Assembly (NCBI GenBank): GCA_024137785.1
Contig: JAHRHZ010000115.1
Span: 1,184,428 to 1,248,427, forward strand
Length of the DNA stretch: 64,000 bases
Direction of reading: 5' to 3'
From: Ginglymostoma cirratum
Taxonomy: Eukaryota
The position numbers were made by a program, and so were the translations under genes. The notes beneath the pieces are model-generated. The model had not been told where the DNA came from, ran no database searches, and saw only the letters and a program-made list of their open reading frames with translations. How positions within the stretch are numbered: position 1 is the stretch's first letter; every line of letters starts with the position of its first letter. Positions 13,501-27,451 of this stretch are shown here, piece after piece.

Positions 13501-15484
13501 AACAAAAGAAAACAGAAGAAAAGAAATATCCACTGCGTTAATTTCTTAAATGTTTCGAAATCTGATAACGGGAATGTTCAAGTCAACCATGCAAAATGTT
13601 CCAAAACTGTAATGAAACAAAACTGAGACAAGAAATATGTATTTTAAACAGTCAGATTTTGTAGGAGCAGTGAGTGGTATCAAAACACTTTGTTCGTTTT
13701 ATTTTTCGTTGTATTTTTAAAATGACACTTACAAAGCCAACCTTTGTAAATTGAGATGGCGACTGAAACGAAATTTACTTGATAAATATATTGTTTAATT
13801 AATGGATTGTACCGGTTCATCGTGCAAGTAAATGAGTTATTGCCCATTATGACACAAGGGAGATAGTGGCTCTTTTTTAACGATTGGAAATATGAGGGAG
13901 TGCAGTGATCAATCAGATAGAATACAATTCAAGATAACAGCAATGGTCAACTGTGATTTACTTTAACAAAACGCATTACAATTGACTTTGAAACAGAAAT
14001 GTTTTTGTACTCATTAGAAGCAGCTTCCCATCACGGAACCTGAAAGCTCAGGAACTCAGTGGAGATTCAGTCAGCTTCTGTTCCATTAGAGGTCACATGG
14101 TGAATTTATTCATTTCTTGAAGCTCAAAACAAGTTCCATGAAAATGTGCTTTGTATTCATAGGTTGTTGAGTGTTTCCACAGAGCAAGCTTAATTTGTGA
14201 GTCTGAGTGTTGCTGGTCCAACAAAAAGTAATTGTCGCTCATGGTCGTTTCACAGGGACAACTTGGAATCACCGCTTCTCCTCCTGTCTAAACATCTCAG
14301 GACAGAGGCTGAATCACTATGATTCAGGTCCGAAAAATTTGTTAAATAGAGAAGAGATCAGACTGGTGGATATTTCCTTCTGATTCAAACCGTATTCGGA
14401 AAATGAGAGAAACGTTGGAATGTGCGTCGTCACAATTACCTGTCAGAAATGCTTCCCACACAACTCCGATCTCAAGCAGTTGCAATTGCTGCCCTGTTGG
14501 CTTTATGCAAGAAGAGTTAGATATTTGAAAACACTGGTTCGAATCTTGTACCTCAATAGTCTTCTGTGATGTCTCATCTCATTGTCTTTTGCCCCCACAT
14601 GCAATGAGATGGACGGTGGGCGCGTTAGCTCTGCATGAATGGGAGCATTTCGAAATCGGCTTCTTCGAATGATCACATCGGTGGGATGTTTCCACTTCAC
14701 AAATACTTAGCTGTGCTAAGCCCCATACTTGATATTTTAGTTTATTATTTTATGGGAGAGGAATGTCGTTGGTTTGGTCTCCATTTATTATCCATTTCTA
14801 ATTTGCAAGTGGCGGTGATGACAAATTGCTTTCCTGAGGCCCTGCAGTGCATGTGGCATTGTGACATACACAATGCTGTTGTTAGGGCAGTGGGAGTGGA
14901 GTGGAGTTGGCGATTTCTAACGTCCCCGCGAAACTGAAGCGTGCTCACGCCTTTCCAAGTCCGGCTGAAATGTAACTGGAAGATGAACTTGTCGGTAGTA
15001 GTGTAATTCTGATGCTCTAAATCAAATCCCAGGATGTTTCTCGCATTCCCATGTTGCACTGCAAATCCATCTTCCACGCCTTCCATTGGCTTATCCTGTA
15101 AAAATAGTATTATCAGAAGCCGAACCTTCAATACATGGTTGGCTTCATGTGACAAAGCTTCTTTCTTCAAAAATATAATTAAGTAATAACGTTTGTAAAA
15201 GTACGACACAAACCACTTCAGCTCGCAAAATACAGAAGGTTCAATAAAATTCAATTTGTATCCTCACAGAATTCTCCACCGTCATCTGCTTAATACAATC
15301 GCAATATTGTCAACACATTTGTCTCTGCATAAGTATGTATAGATGACTAATCCAGGCAGGCCATCGTTCATTCCACTTGTTGCACATTTGTCACAATTTA
15401 CTTGAACCGTGGATGCGGTGTTGCTGTTTCAGTTCATGAGTACGAGACCTCCAACTCGAGTATGTTCCTGATATTCACAAGCTA

Positions 15485-15809
15485 GATGTTTGTACTTGGT
15501 CTGATGCATCTGTGCATCAGTGGGAGTGTTTCAGGGCTTAGAAATACATGCCGATTTTCAGTTAATAACATCGACTGCTTAAAATATCAATTTTATTTGC
15601 TTTGCACAAGATAAAAGAGAATCTGTCTTTCAATTGTAGATGCTCCATGTGTCTGAATTAAATATTGCAGAATTTCCAAGGGACGCACATGTGTAAAAGT
15701 AGGGTTCCACTGGTGTCGGTTGTCAAGAAACGGCAGGGTAGTTTTATGTGATCTCCCTTCTGGATCGTCAGTTCAGATCGACTTTGTGACACTGAATCAT
15801 TTCGCATTC
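15485..15809 (-). pseudogene. TCR alpha/delta V pseudogene with degenerate RSS
   Basis: Acceptor acag, then GMRNDSVSQSRSELTIQKGDHIKLPCRF...EILQYLIQ...KDRFSF...MYF*ALK (Cys104 is a stop; frameshifts). Heptamer CCCACTG 15518-15524, 24-bp spacer, nonamer ACAAACATC 15485-15493. Confidence 0.8.
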
Positions 15810-16401
15810 CTGTGTCACAAGTACAAAATGTTTCATTGTTCAGGGAATAAAAGCACACCTCGGAAAACATTCTCAATATTATGAAAAAAAAAACAATTTT
15901 CTAATCTTAAAGTCCATTATTATTGGCGAGGAAAATATAAAGTGAATGGTATTTGATTAATGGCTTGAACGAAAAGAACATCCAAAATATTTTAAATGTA
16001 TTGACCCTCCAAATATGATATTAAAGTTTAACGAGGATCAGACTTCATTAACTGAGAAGCTGAAGGCCTTTTCCAAATACAGGATTGAATGCTCTGACAG
16101 AAGAGATGACAGCTGCGAATAAATCAATGAGATCTGCGGACAATAACTTCCTATGATCGCTTCTGTGTCTGCTTTGACTTTCCCAGTGTCCCTTTGCCTC
16201 TGTATCTTTGCACTGATTTCTGCCTCTCTCTGATGAGACTACCTCTCATTGAAATAGACAGCCTCACTGCTGTAAAATGCAAGACAACAAGTAACGTCTA
16301 AATCATGCAATCATCTAATGACCTTTAGTAAAGCAAACAATTGCACTCAGCTTAACAGTAATACCTGTGACTCCCAGCCCACAGCACTGATTCAACTGCA
16401 C

Positions 16402-16412
16402 TGTGTGTGTGG

Positions 16413-16486
<74 letters not shown>

Positions 16487-16516
16487 TAGAAAGCGAGAAA
16501 GAGAGAGAGAGAGAGA
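16402..16516. repeat. Compound microsatellite (GT)n(GA)n
   Basis: Long, nearly pure GT run followed by a GA run. Confidence 0.95.
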
Positions 16517-17810
16517 TGTCACCTTCCGAGCCCAAATAACTTGTACGCCACCAGTTCTCTTCCATTGATATTCATTACTCAGGCACAGATTCAGACAGTT
16601 TCAAACTCGTTGGAAATTGCTCAATATACACGGCTAGATTCAGGATATGCCAATACACAAGTCATTGCAATCCTTCTCCGCCACAGATTCTCCTTTCTTG
16701 CACTGAGTCAACTGCTATATCTAAATAAGTAATTGAAGCTCAGTCATCATACTTGGTGGTCAAAGCTATAACCATTCCACTTGCAAAACATCCACAAATC
16801 CTGTGCATGCTGAAGGACATTATCTCTCCGCCTGACAACTACACGTTTTTAATAATATCAGCAAATGAGTTTCAAATCTTTCCACAGGTTCTACAATCCC
16901 AATAAAATCACACAATCGTCTGAGATCACTTTGGGACTCCAATGCTATCCAGTTGCACATCTCTGAAAATAACCAGCGGCGTTATCGGTGGGAACGAGTT
17001 TACCTTTGAGGCTGCAAACTTTGAAATTACCCCTGCAACCTCCCATTGGCTGCATCTCTCCTCCCTTCTGTAGATTATTCCCTTTAATGCAGCTGTTTAT
17101 CCAGGTTTTCTGTTGTTTGTTCTAATACTTCTTTGATTCTTCGCATAACAACTGCATTTGTTATCGATCCTACGAAGAATCCCCAATTTACCGAATGCAG
17201 TGCTCAGAGAAATAGTTTGAACGCCACATTCTAAGTGGAAATTAAAAATTTCCCTTAGCAGCAAAAGCCACACCCACTATGGCAGATAACACAAAAACAA
17301 AATGTACAAAATCCAGAAGGGGAATTCAAAATGTGAGATCATTTAAAATCTTCCAACTACAATATCTTTTTCCGACTTTCATTCATTTATTCCTGAATGC
17401 AAATTAATAATTTTAAATATTCAGGAAAATCGATGCTATTATTGCACTTCACTCTAAATACACTGGAGTATATCTAACTGAATTAAAGTGAAAAATAAAA
17501 GTGACAAAAGTAACGGTTAAAAGATAATGAATCATTTACTATTTTTCAAGAATCTCATAAATATGGGCGGCATCGAATTGCGGCAAAATATATTGAAGGA
17601 TACATTTTAATGCTTCACAATGCAAGTAGAAATAATGCAATTACTTCACATAACATTATGAAATATCATTCGATTATATATGGGGACGAGGTTGAAGACC
17701 AGTATCCTCAGAGCGGACTGGATATTAGTAATATTCACGCCAAACCTGAAAACAAACTGCAAATATTTTTGCAGAATAAAAACAAAACTTAGTTGGAATT
17801 CATTTCTTGC

Positions 17811-17890
17811 CAGGGCACCAATAACAGTAAGAAAGAGACAGAAAATTTCACAGCGCAGCCCATTCTCTGACCAATCATCATTCGTTTCAT
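17811..17890 (-). pseudogene. Orphan, damaged exon 1 of a second GPR139-like gene
   Basis: ...EIFCLFLTVIGA(P) then CTG|gcaag resembles exon 1 at 7118-7187 (ICYSILAALGAP G|gtaag). The donor is mutated gt>gc; no exon 2 was recognised nearby. Confidence 0.45.
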
Positions 17891-18984
17891 AGATTGAAGG
17901 AATTAACGGTGTTGCACACCAGCACTGAGGCATATTCGAGATGTTCCATGTTTATTCCGAATGAGAGTCTCCAGACGGGCAGTTAAGTTACAACGTGCAT
18001 GACAGTTACATATCTATCAATAAGAGAAAAAATGTTAACTCTTGCCTTTTATTTTTAACTCGGCAGAGCAGATCTTTGCACGTCACAAAATATATACGGG
18101 GTGATATGTTGGCTGCACATTCTGAATTTTTACACTCACCGTATCTGAATTTGTTCAGTTGACACTTTGCTGAGATCCCATCACTCGTTGTTTATGTATT
18201 GTTCCAATTATTTCGAGACATCTTCACCAATTTATTTAATGTATTTGCGTTTGAGTGTATATTGATTTATCTGAAACCGAATGATTTAATATATCCATTG
18301 CTGAACTGTTTGAAATCTGTGTTGACTTACTTTGGAAGGCATTTGAGGAGAATACAATTACAGACAAACGCAGAGCCGAGTGGAATCAAAAGAACATTCC
18401 TTTGTTCTGCTAAACCACACATTCTGGAAGGGCCACGAAATGTTAGAGATTGTTTCAGAGTCTGTAGTGCATTAGTAGGTGTCTAACAGCAAGGACATCA
18501 CTAAAGGAGACTTGTACAAGAGAATATCGAATTATTTATTTTTAAACATAGGAATAATTGAGACATACTGAATGAAATGTGGAGAACGACAGACAAGATC
18601 TAATAGAGGCATGGCCTCATGAAGTAATACGAGAGTGTTTTGTGCAATATAGATTCAGACATGACTGAATGCAACAATAAAAGTGATTTTTTACATGAAA
18701 CAGACACCCCCTAATGCAATGAGAACTAAGGCAATGTATTGTGCAGTGTCTATTTACACGTTTCTCTATGAATATTTCAGTTAACCTCAACTTAATCATA
18801 AATGGGTACTGAATAATTAAGCAGCCTCTACTCAATAATGATGACATGGACAAGACCCACTTGAATTTTAAGAACTGATATTTCGCCACAGCATTTTTTT
18901 GTGAAACTGTAATTTGTGTAAAACTTGACATGATAATTTTTTTTCAGAGATATTAGGCACTGCAGATGCCAAAGAATCTGAGAT

Positions 18985-21231
18985 AACAAGGTAGAGAACT
19001 GGATGAACACAGCAGGCCAAGCAGCATCATTGGAGAAGGAAAGCTGACGTTTCGGGCCCAGACACTTCTCAGAAATAGGGGAGGGGAATGGGTTTCTGGA
19101 ATATATAGGGAGAGAGGGGGAGGTAGATAGAAGTTGGATAGAGTGGAAGATAGGCGGAGAGGAGACAGACAGGTCAAAGAGGCGGGGATGGAGCCAGTAA
19201 AGGTGAGTGTCGGTGGGGAGTTAGTTAGGGGATAGGTCAGTCCAAGGAGAACGGATAGGTCAAGGGGGAAGACAAGATAAATGCAGATGAAGTATGGCGC
19301 ACTGACCTCTACATCGCCGAGGCCAGGCGCCGACTCTCTGACACCTATCTCGACTCCATTTTTTCCCCCTTGGTTCAGAAACTCCATAACTGCAAACATG
19401 ACATCACCCACTCCCTCCACCTCTTCCAAAACTTCCAATTCCCTGGTCCCTCATCTTTACGATGGACGTCCAGTCCCTCTACACCTGCCTTCACCATGCA
19501 GATGGCCTAAAGGTCATCCACTTCTTCCTGTCCCGCAAGACAGACCAGTCCCCCTCCACTGACACGCTCATCCGCTTCGCCGAACACGTCCTCACCCTCA
19601 ACATCTTCTCTTTCAATTCCTCCCACTTACAACTGACAAAGGGGCTGGCCATGAATACCCGCAGGGGCCCAACCTGTGCCTGCCTCTTTGGAGGTTACAT
19701 GGAGCAACCCCTCTTCCGTGTCTGCACTGGTCCTAAACCCCTCCTCTTCCTCCATTACATTGATGACTGTATCAGCTACGACTCATTCTCCAACGAGGAG
19801 CACGAAATGTACATTCACTTCACCAACAACTTCCACTCCAACCTTAAGTTCACGTGGACCATCTCTGATAACTCTCTTTCCTTCGTGGAACTCTCTGTTT
19901 CCATCTCTGGCAACCACCTGGAAACCGATATCCATTTCAAGCCCTCCGACTCCCACAGCTACCTACAATGCACCTCCTCTCACCCACCTTCCTGCAAAAA
20001 TGCCATCTCCAATTCCCAATTCCTTCGCCTCCGCCGCATCAGCTCCCAGGATGAGGCATTCCACTCCCTGAACATCTCAGATGTCCTCGTTTCTCAAGGA
20101 CTGCAACTTCCCCCCCTCTTTGGTAAAGAACACCAATGACCGCGTCTCCCGTATTTCCTGAAACTCATCCCTGACACCCCACCCCGCAATAACAAACCAA
20201 ACAAAACCCCACTCGTCCTCACGTACCAACCCACCAACCTCCGGATTCTACACATCATCCTCCTTCACTTCAGCCATCTGCAATCCGACCCAACCACCAA
20301 AGTCATTTTCCCTTCTCCACTTTTATCTGCTTTCTGGAGGGACCATTCTCTCCAGGACAGCCTTGTCCACTCCACACTCCCCTCCTGCCCCACCACGCCA
20401 TGAACTTTTGCCTGCAACCGCAGGAAGTGCTCAGACTGTCCCTACACCTCCCGCCTCACACCAATGCCTGGCCTCAAGAAGACTTTCCAGATGAAGCAGG
20501 TGTTCACCTGCACATCTGCTATTGTGCTATATTGTATCTGCTGTTCCCTTTGTGGCCTCCTTATATCGGGGAAACTAAACAGAGGCTTCGGGACTGCTTT
20601 GTGGAACATCTACGGTCGGTTCGCACAACACCTCCCAGTCGCAAACCATTTCAACTCCCCCCCCCCAACCTAAATCCTCAGACGAAATGTCTATCCTGGG
20701 CCACCTGCAGTGCCACAACGATGTCACCCGAAGGTTGCAGGAACAGCACCTCGTTTTCTGCTTGGGAACTCTGCAGCAAGATGGTATCAATGCAGACTTA
20801 ACAAGCTTAAAAATCTCCCCTCGCCTACAGCATCCCCAAAACCAGCTCAGCTTGTCTCCGCTTCCCTAACCTGTCCTTGCCCCCCCCCGGTGCCCCTCCT
20901 CCCACCTCAAGCCCCACCCCCATCTCCGAGCTACTTGCCTCATCCCCTTCGGTTGACCTGTCCGTCCACCCTGGACTGACCTATCCACACCTTAACTCCT
21001 CACCTGCACTCATCTTTACTGGGTCCATCCACTCCTCTGACCTGTCTGTCTCCTCTCCACCTATCTTCTCCTCTATCCATCTTCTATCCGCCTCCCCCTC
21101 TCTCCCTAATTATTTCAGAACCTCCTTCCCCTCCCCAATTTCTGAAGAAGGGTGTCGGCCCAAAACGTCAGCTTTCCTGCTCCTCTGATGCTGTTTGGAC
21201 TGCTGTGTTCATTCAGCTCCATACCTTGTTG
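18985..21231 (+). mobile_element. Penelope-like retroelement (RT + GIY-YIG), 5'-truncated, with inverted pseudo-LTRs
   Basis: RT ORF 19462..20139 (MDVQSLYT...KGLAMNTRRGP...HYIDD...FKPSDSHSYL), a frameshifted GIY-YIG (YIGETKQRL...VANHFN) and inverted ~285-bp repeats at 18985-19267 and 20945-21231. Confidence 0.9.
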
Positions 21232-22807
21232 TTCCATGGTAAAAATTTTGACAGTTTGACAATACAGCTCGTGGTACAATAGAAAACGTGAATGACAATG
21301 GATCTGGCAGCTTCGTAACTGTGTGTTGGCCTCCTGCTTGACTTGAGCGCACTTTTGTTCCATTCGCTGCCCTGTCGCTTCTCTGAATGACGAAAGTCAT
21401 CTGACTGCAGCTGACTATAGAGTCGAAAATGTTTACAAAATAGAAAGCAGCCCATGAAGTCTACGTCAGTCAAAAACAAACACCTAAATATGCTAAATAA
21501 CAAAAAATAAAACGAAAGAACTGCAGATGCTATAAGTTGCGAGTACAAACAGGAATTGTTGGAAAAACTCAGCAGGTCGTTCAGCATCTGTGAATAAAGT
21601 GTCAGTGTGTATATTTCGAATCCGGTTACGCTTCCGAACAATTACCAGCACTTCAACCATGGCCTCGTATATTTTGGGAGTGCAACTATACATCTGAACA
21701 CTTCTAAAATGTTACGAGTGTTTCAGATTCTGTAAGCCTGACATGCAGTGAATTCCAGGACACCAAGAGATTTAATTTCCCAGACGTCCTGTGATTTTAT
21801 GCAACTGAGTGTTTAGGAAGAATATGGAGACGAACAAAGCACCACCGATGCTTAATAACATGATGGCGCCAGAAAACGAAATCCCCATGAGACTCAGAAG
21901 AAAACCTGAGCGTCAGTCCAAGAGGGAAAGTGGCCCCCAGAAACCCATGTTTTCTGGTCCACAATACGCTCAAAGGAGCCAGGGTACAGACAAAGAAGAC
22001 AACATCGCTGTATGGTTTTGAGCCAAGACCTTTAGGGAAAGCAGCGACATGCGCTGAATGATTATGCCACAGAGACTGACAGGAAACCAAGCGTGGGATG
22101 AACACTAGTGCAGCAGTTAATGTTTCAGAATGTAATTCTCGGAATCGAAATTGTCCTTTATCAGTTTAGACTTCACAACCTGAGTCAGGTTAGTTATGTG
22201 GCTTCATGATAACACCATAATACGTAGCAGCAGAAGAAGATCATTCAGCCCATTGAGTCTGCTCCGCAATTCAATGAGATGATGACTGATCTGATAATGC
22301 TCAATCTCATTATCCTGTCTTTCCCTATAACCCTTGTTTTCCTTGCTGATTAATAATCTACTTATCTTAGCCATGAATAAATGTCACTAAAAAAACACCT
22401 CGTCATCCCTAAGTGGTAAAGAATTACATAAGTTCAGTATCTTCTAAGGGAAGAAATTTCTCCTCATCTCTGCCTTATTTATGTGTCCCTGATTCTCAGA
22501 ATATTCCCTCTGGTCCGGTAGAGTAGCAGAAAGGAGGACCAACCTTTCCTCATCTGCCATCTCAAGTCCCCTAAGAATCTTTTTTGCTCCAGTAAAGAGC
22601 CTGCTTTCTGTTGTACTGTGGCCCAGTGGTGTAAGATGCTGAATGACGAAGACCCTTCGTTATTGCTCCTGCCCCTATGTGATGCTTTCATTTCTGATGT
22701 GAACTCTCACTGATGCTGACAAAGCTGCTCTGTTTTTGCTGATTTTTACTGTTGAAAACTCATCGTCATTTTAAGTGTTTTTTTTCAAGAGAAAAATAAA
22801 TTCCTCA

Positions 22808-22880
22808 TTCTTTGACAGAGAAATGAATCCAAGACACGGTGTTTACAGTGCTGAATCCTAAACGCCAGACCATGAAGGAA
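22808..22880 (-). pseudogene. Decayed tRNA-Glu-like pseudogene
   Basis: Reverse complement TTCCTTCATGGTCTGGCGTTTAGGATTCAGCACT...GGATTCATTTCTCTGTCAAAGAA aligns with the vertebrate tRNA-Glu pattern TCCCTGGTGGTCTAGTGGTTAGGATTCGGCGC...GGTCAGGGAA; anticodon arm degenerate. Confidence 0.5.
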
Positions 22881-25199
22881 GACATTACTTGTTCTCGTAT
22901 CTTTTCTTAATGCTACGACTTTTGACTTTTCTTTTCAATTTGGATCACACCCATCAGTGATAATATTCCGTTTCTTTCAAAAATATCGTGTCAACGAGTC
23001 TTTACGACCCAGGAATAAACATCTTCGCCCATGTTCTCAATGCGAGTCATTTTTCCTTTTCCTATTTTCCAGCACTTGGCTCGCAGCTTTATATGACAAG
23101 ACGTTTCAAGTGCACATCTAAATGACGTTTTCAATGTAACATTTTAATTACAAACGACACAACGAATGGGACGAAGTCTGACAAGATAAAACAGTGCTTA
23201 CACCCCCTTGGTGAATCGAATCTCATTTGCACCCACAGAGGTCAACAGACAGACACATCCCCAAATGTGACAGAGACCTCATGTGTTTAACTCCAGAAAG
23301 AAATGACTTGACTCATTCCTGACCTATGTTGAAGTTCAATGCCTGATCCTGAGTACTGCAATGAAAGGAATCATTCAGGCATAACCTTGATCGTGTTATG
23401 ATTCTATTGTTTCCCCGTCACTCTGCAATTTAAACAATGGCCACACGAGGCCATTGCTCACGCCTGTTCGTTCTTGCCTTCTTGAAATTCCTGGCTGGTC
23501 AATTAGGGATGTAGAATTTCCAATCTCAAACAGATCAGACCAACGCCCAACAGAAATTGAATTATATTACTATTGTTCCACACTGCATTTAAAACGCTCA
23601 TTTTCGTGTCAAAAGTAATTTAGAATTTCGGGAAGACGCTAGTGAAATTAAAATAATCGTCTCTGGCTGACAAGGCCAGGGATCTACACGGTGAACTATA
23701 GAATCTAATACATTTACACAACTGGAATAGGAAAAAAAATAGTCCAAACAACATAATCAGATACAAGTGTAATATAACGGGAACACGGTCTCATGGAAGA
23801 TAAAATATAATAAAGTACATTACTGGATAGCCCGTATAACATAAACCAAGGCAGCCAAATTAACAAACCTGAGACAGGGACAGAAGGGGTGATATGCAGA
23901 AGGATGAGCGAATGCAATCGCGAATCATACAGGGTACAGAGCAACAGAAATAGAGACGTGAGCAATTGTGATTCAACATCATGTGAGACAGTACATTTGA
24001 ATCCGAAGCATAAACATATATTTATCTGGGTGCATTGTGTTGTCCATCACTCTGAGTCTGAATTTTCAGTAAATCATTGGAGATTCAGTTAGTTTTAGTC
24101 ACGGGAACGTGATGAATTTATTCTTAAAATGGTCCACCGGACTGGAAACATTGACTCATCTTCCTCTCGACAGAAGCTGCCAGAACTGCTGAATTCCTTG
24201 ACCAATTGACAACCTTGTTTTGCATGCATTCACTGCCTGGAGGTCGACAGAGAAGCAGGATTGAGCGAAATCACCTCAAAATGAGACTATCTTGTTTTCA
24301 CGGAATAAACTCGGGCTTCGAGTATCGGTGTTCCTAGGGCGAGCATAAATAATAGGCTTTCAGGGTCGTGTCATAGAATAGCTTAAATTCGCCACATCTC
24401 CTTCCGTCTGAAGACAGCGATTGAATAAAGGAATCTCCATGACGTAGATCTGAAAAGAAGGTTCAATAAGGAAAAGATACAATCGATGAATACTTCAAAT
24501 TCAGATTCAAATAATGTTCCAGAAATGAGAGAATTAATGGAATTGTTCAATATATAATTATAGGCAGAAATACCATCTACACAACCCAGATCCCGAGTAG
24601 CAGCATTGTCCTGTCTGCACTGTAAAAAGAAGGTGGATGTTTTAATCTGCTGCCTTGTCACAGGCTGCTCTCACCTCACTGCCTTGTGTCACCGGTGGTG
24701 CTTTGAGATTGGGCGGGAGGAAACTGTCTGTCAGTGAATAGAAACTCACCGATCTGGACCGTAGGCTTTGAAGACAGATGATTCAGTCTGACAGAAGAAA
24801 TGACGACAAATAAAGTTGTGTCTTCATTTTTCAAAATTATTTCACAGATAGTGGAAACGGATTCGGCTATCACACATGACAACAGCAGCCATCACATACG
24901 CGGCAGATACCCATGTGACTTGGTCAATGTTGTCTAATAAAACATACGCTGCAGGCAAGGATGCTCTGAGGAGTGGTATATTTGCAACAGCATGCAGACA
25001 CTATGCCAACCGATGAATGCAAACTGCACAGCAATCAACAGACCGAATCTCCCCCCAAAACCCATCCCCACCCCCATCCACCAGTCAGGGGATACTTCAA
25101 TGGTCAAGGACTATTAGCGTCTGATCTTCCAGTAAGGTTCATCCAAGGTCGCTCTTGAGATACACTGCAACGCAGAATTACTTAGCAGAAACTGATAGC

Positions 25200-25795
25200 A
25201 ATGTTTTGTACCCGTGAAGACAGCCTTAACCGTGATTTTGTGTCCATTCCACTCTTCATGTAACTGCACCATACTGTCTGGATCTGTAAAACCTTCCTTA
25301 CTGCTCTGTTATGACACCATCACCTTGATAACTTGTTATGATCTCTTTATCTTAATTAATTTTCACATTTTTAGATTGCTTGTTACTTCGGTTAGACCCT
25401 CGACATGCGACATTTATACCGATCATGTTATTGCAGTCATTTCATTCGTCTTCAACACCACCTAATTTTAAATTCTTTTGAAGCTATCTTTCTGTCTCAA
25501 TTAATCGGATTATAGTTCATCCCTTCACTTCTTTTCAGCTGTTGACACTTTACTCACACCTACTGAAACTTTATTTATCACCTGCAGAGACTTATTTAGT
25601 CTGTCAACACTCCACTCACACCTTTCATACAATATATTGAGTGCTCTGTGCCTGTGTACTTCTCTTCGCTTCAACTGATGAAGGAGCAGCGCTCAGAACG
25701 CTTGTGAGTTCAAATAAGCCATTTGGACTGCAACCTGCTGTCGTCCATTTTATGATCTTGTCCATCTCAGCCCAACACCGGCACATCATGGTTCT
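25200..25795 (+). mobile_element. Penelope-type 3' terminal repeat remnant with hammerhead-like core
   Basis: ctgatgaaggagcagcgctcagaacgcttgtga...aataagccatttggac...aacaccggcacatcatgg is a terminus typical of shark PLE-derived repeats. Left boundary approximate. Confidence 0.55.
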
Positions 25796-27451
25796 GCTCA
25801 ATAACAAACAGTGATCGTTGCAACAATCTCTCAAGTAACACAGAGCAGAAATAGTGGGCAAGAGTCAAAGCAACAAACGGAATTGAATGCAAGACTGCAA
25901 CCGGCCTGGCCCTGGATGAAATTGCTGCTTTGTATGAAAACAGAAAGTTTGTGGCGCCGTTCAGTTATATCCGGGGCTACTGGATTTTGAGAGAGTTGTG
26001 GCTAATGTGTTCCCTTCGTAACAGAGTCACTGAAGAGCAAACAGCTGGGGAAAAATAAATAATCAAAATCATAGACACATGTAATAGAGATTGAGGCCAT
26101 CCTAATATTTTGTTTGCGCCTGCTCTCTGAAAGAGTGGAATAATTAGTTTCATTCACTTCGCTTTTTTCCACATTCTGTAACTGTGCAGATATCATTCCA
26201 TGATATGAATGTTTTTCATGCTTTTCTGAAAGTTAACACTGATTGTACTTGCATTCTCCACCGATATTGAGATTTATAGACTATAATAACATCCAAAGCA
26301 TAAAACAAGCTGTTTTATTTTTCCTGCTCAATTCACTTTAACTTGTGTCTTCGACTATCGAAATTCCTACACGTCAAAAAAGTATGGACAATAAGACATC
26401 AAAATGTCAGTTCAATAAAGGAACAATATGTCTCTCAAGTAAGTAGAGAGCAACCCCTCTCCCTCTCATAAGCTGGGAATCCAACGTCTTTCATGTCAAT
26501 TAGAGAGTGAACAGTCGCTCCGGTCGGTTGGTTACCTCTCTAAATCTTACTCAGAGATCTCATGGTTTTTCAAGTCAGATAGAAACAATCTGTCGATATT
26601 TACTAGACTTTCTCTCTGGCCAGTAGAATTTATTCGCAATTCCACAGTCCTCCACAATAGACACAGAATTTGCAGTTACCAAACTGGCATCAGACTAATC
26701 TGGTGCAATGATCTGAACTCATTCTATTGTATTTTCTTCAGGAGGTGACATCGAAAGAACATCAGCGAATTCTCGCAGTTTTTTTGTTGCTCAATGGTCT
26801 ACTGGTTACGAAGGTACATAAAGGCCTCCCGAATCCCGGAGTGATGCAACTCTTCATTTCTACTCTGATATACGTGAACTTCATTATCGGTTAGAAGTTT
26901 AACGTTTTAATTCGGATTTACTTTCTTGGTGAATAAATTTCAAACAAAATCAAAGTATTCACGTTTAACCTGAATTTAGCCTGTTTTTGGGATATACTTG
27001 AGATATTGTGAGCACTTTCTTACAGACAGGGTATTATGACGTCTAACAGAATCAAAAAGCTATTTCCAGCGATCAACCAGCATTGAAAAGAACATCAACT
27101 CGGAATTCACGCCGTACCCCATTCTTTTTTTTTATCTGCTGATGAGAAGGCAAGTGAGTTATCTCGTGTATATCTTTAAAATGATAAAAAGAATGACGAA
27201 GTAGACCGAGAGAGGATGTTTCCCTTAAGGAGGTTTCAGGTTTTTGTTCCCGAATAGATTAAATAACGAATTTAGAAGAGACATCCTCAGCCAGAGTTTT
27301 CGTCAAATGTGGCTTCAGCAGCACAAGGAGCAGTTAAGGAAAAGTGCAAAGAGACGTTGAAACGTAATCTCGACATACTCATGAGAACGAAATGGTTGGA
27401 AGGATTTACTGTTAGTCTGACAGGAAGTGGGTAAAGCTTACACACACACAA

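Noticed and set aside
14138-14330. Leader-intron-exon-like layout (MKMCFVFIGC..., gtgagt, ttcacag)
   Set aside because: The leader contains a stop and the downstream sequence shows no V motifs or RSS.
16540-16720. Possible V relic on minus strand (DSVQ...LKLSES...TGTGCCTGAGT)
   Set aside because: Too short and fragmentary, with no valid heptamer/spacer; cannot be separated from chance.
25830-26045. Minus-strand 'AVCSSVTL...AHYFC' V-like ends
   Set aside because: Only ~200 nt between motifs, no Cys23/Trp41 region and no RSS.
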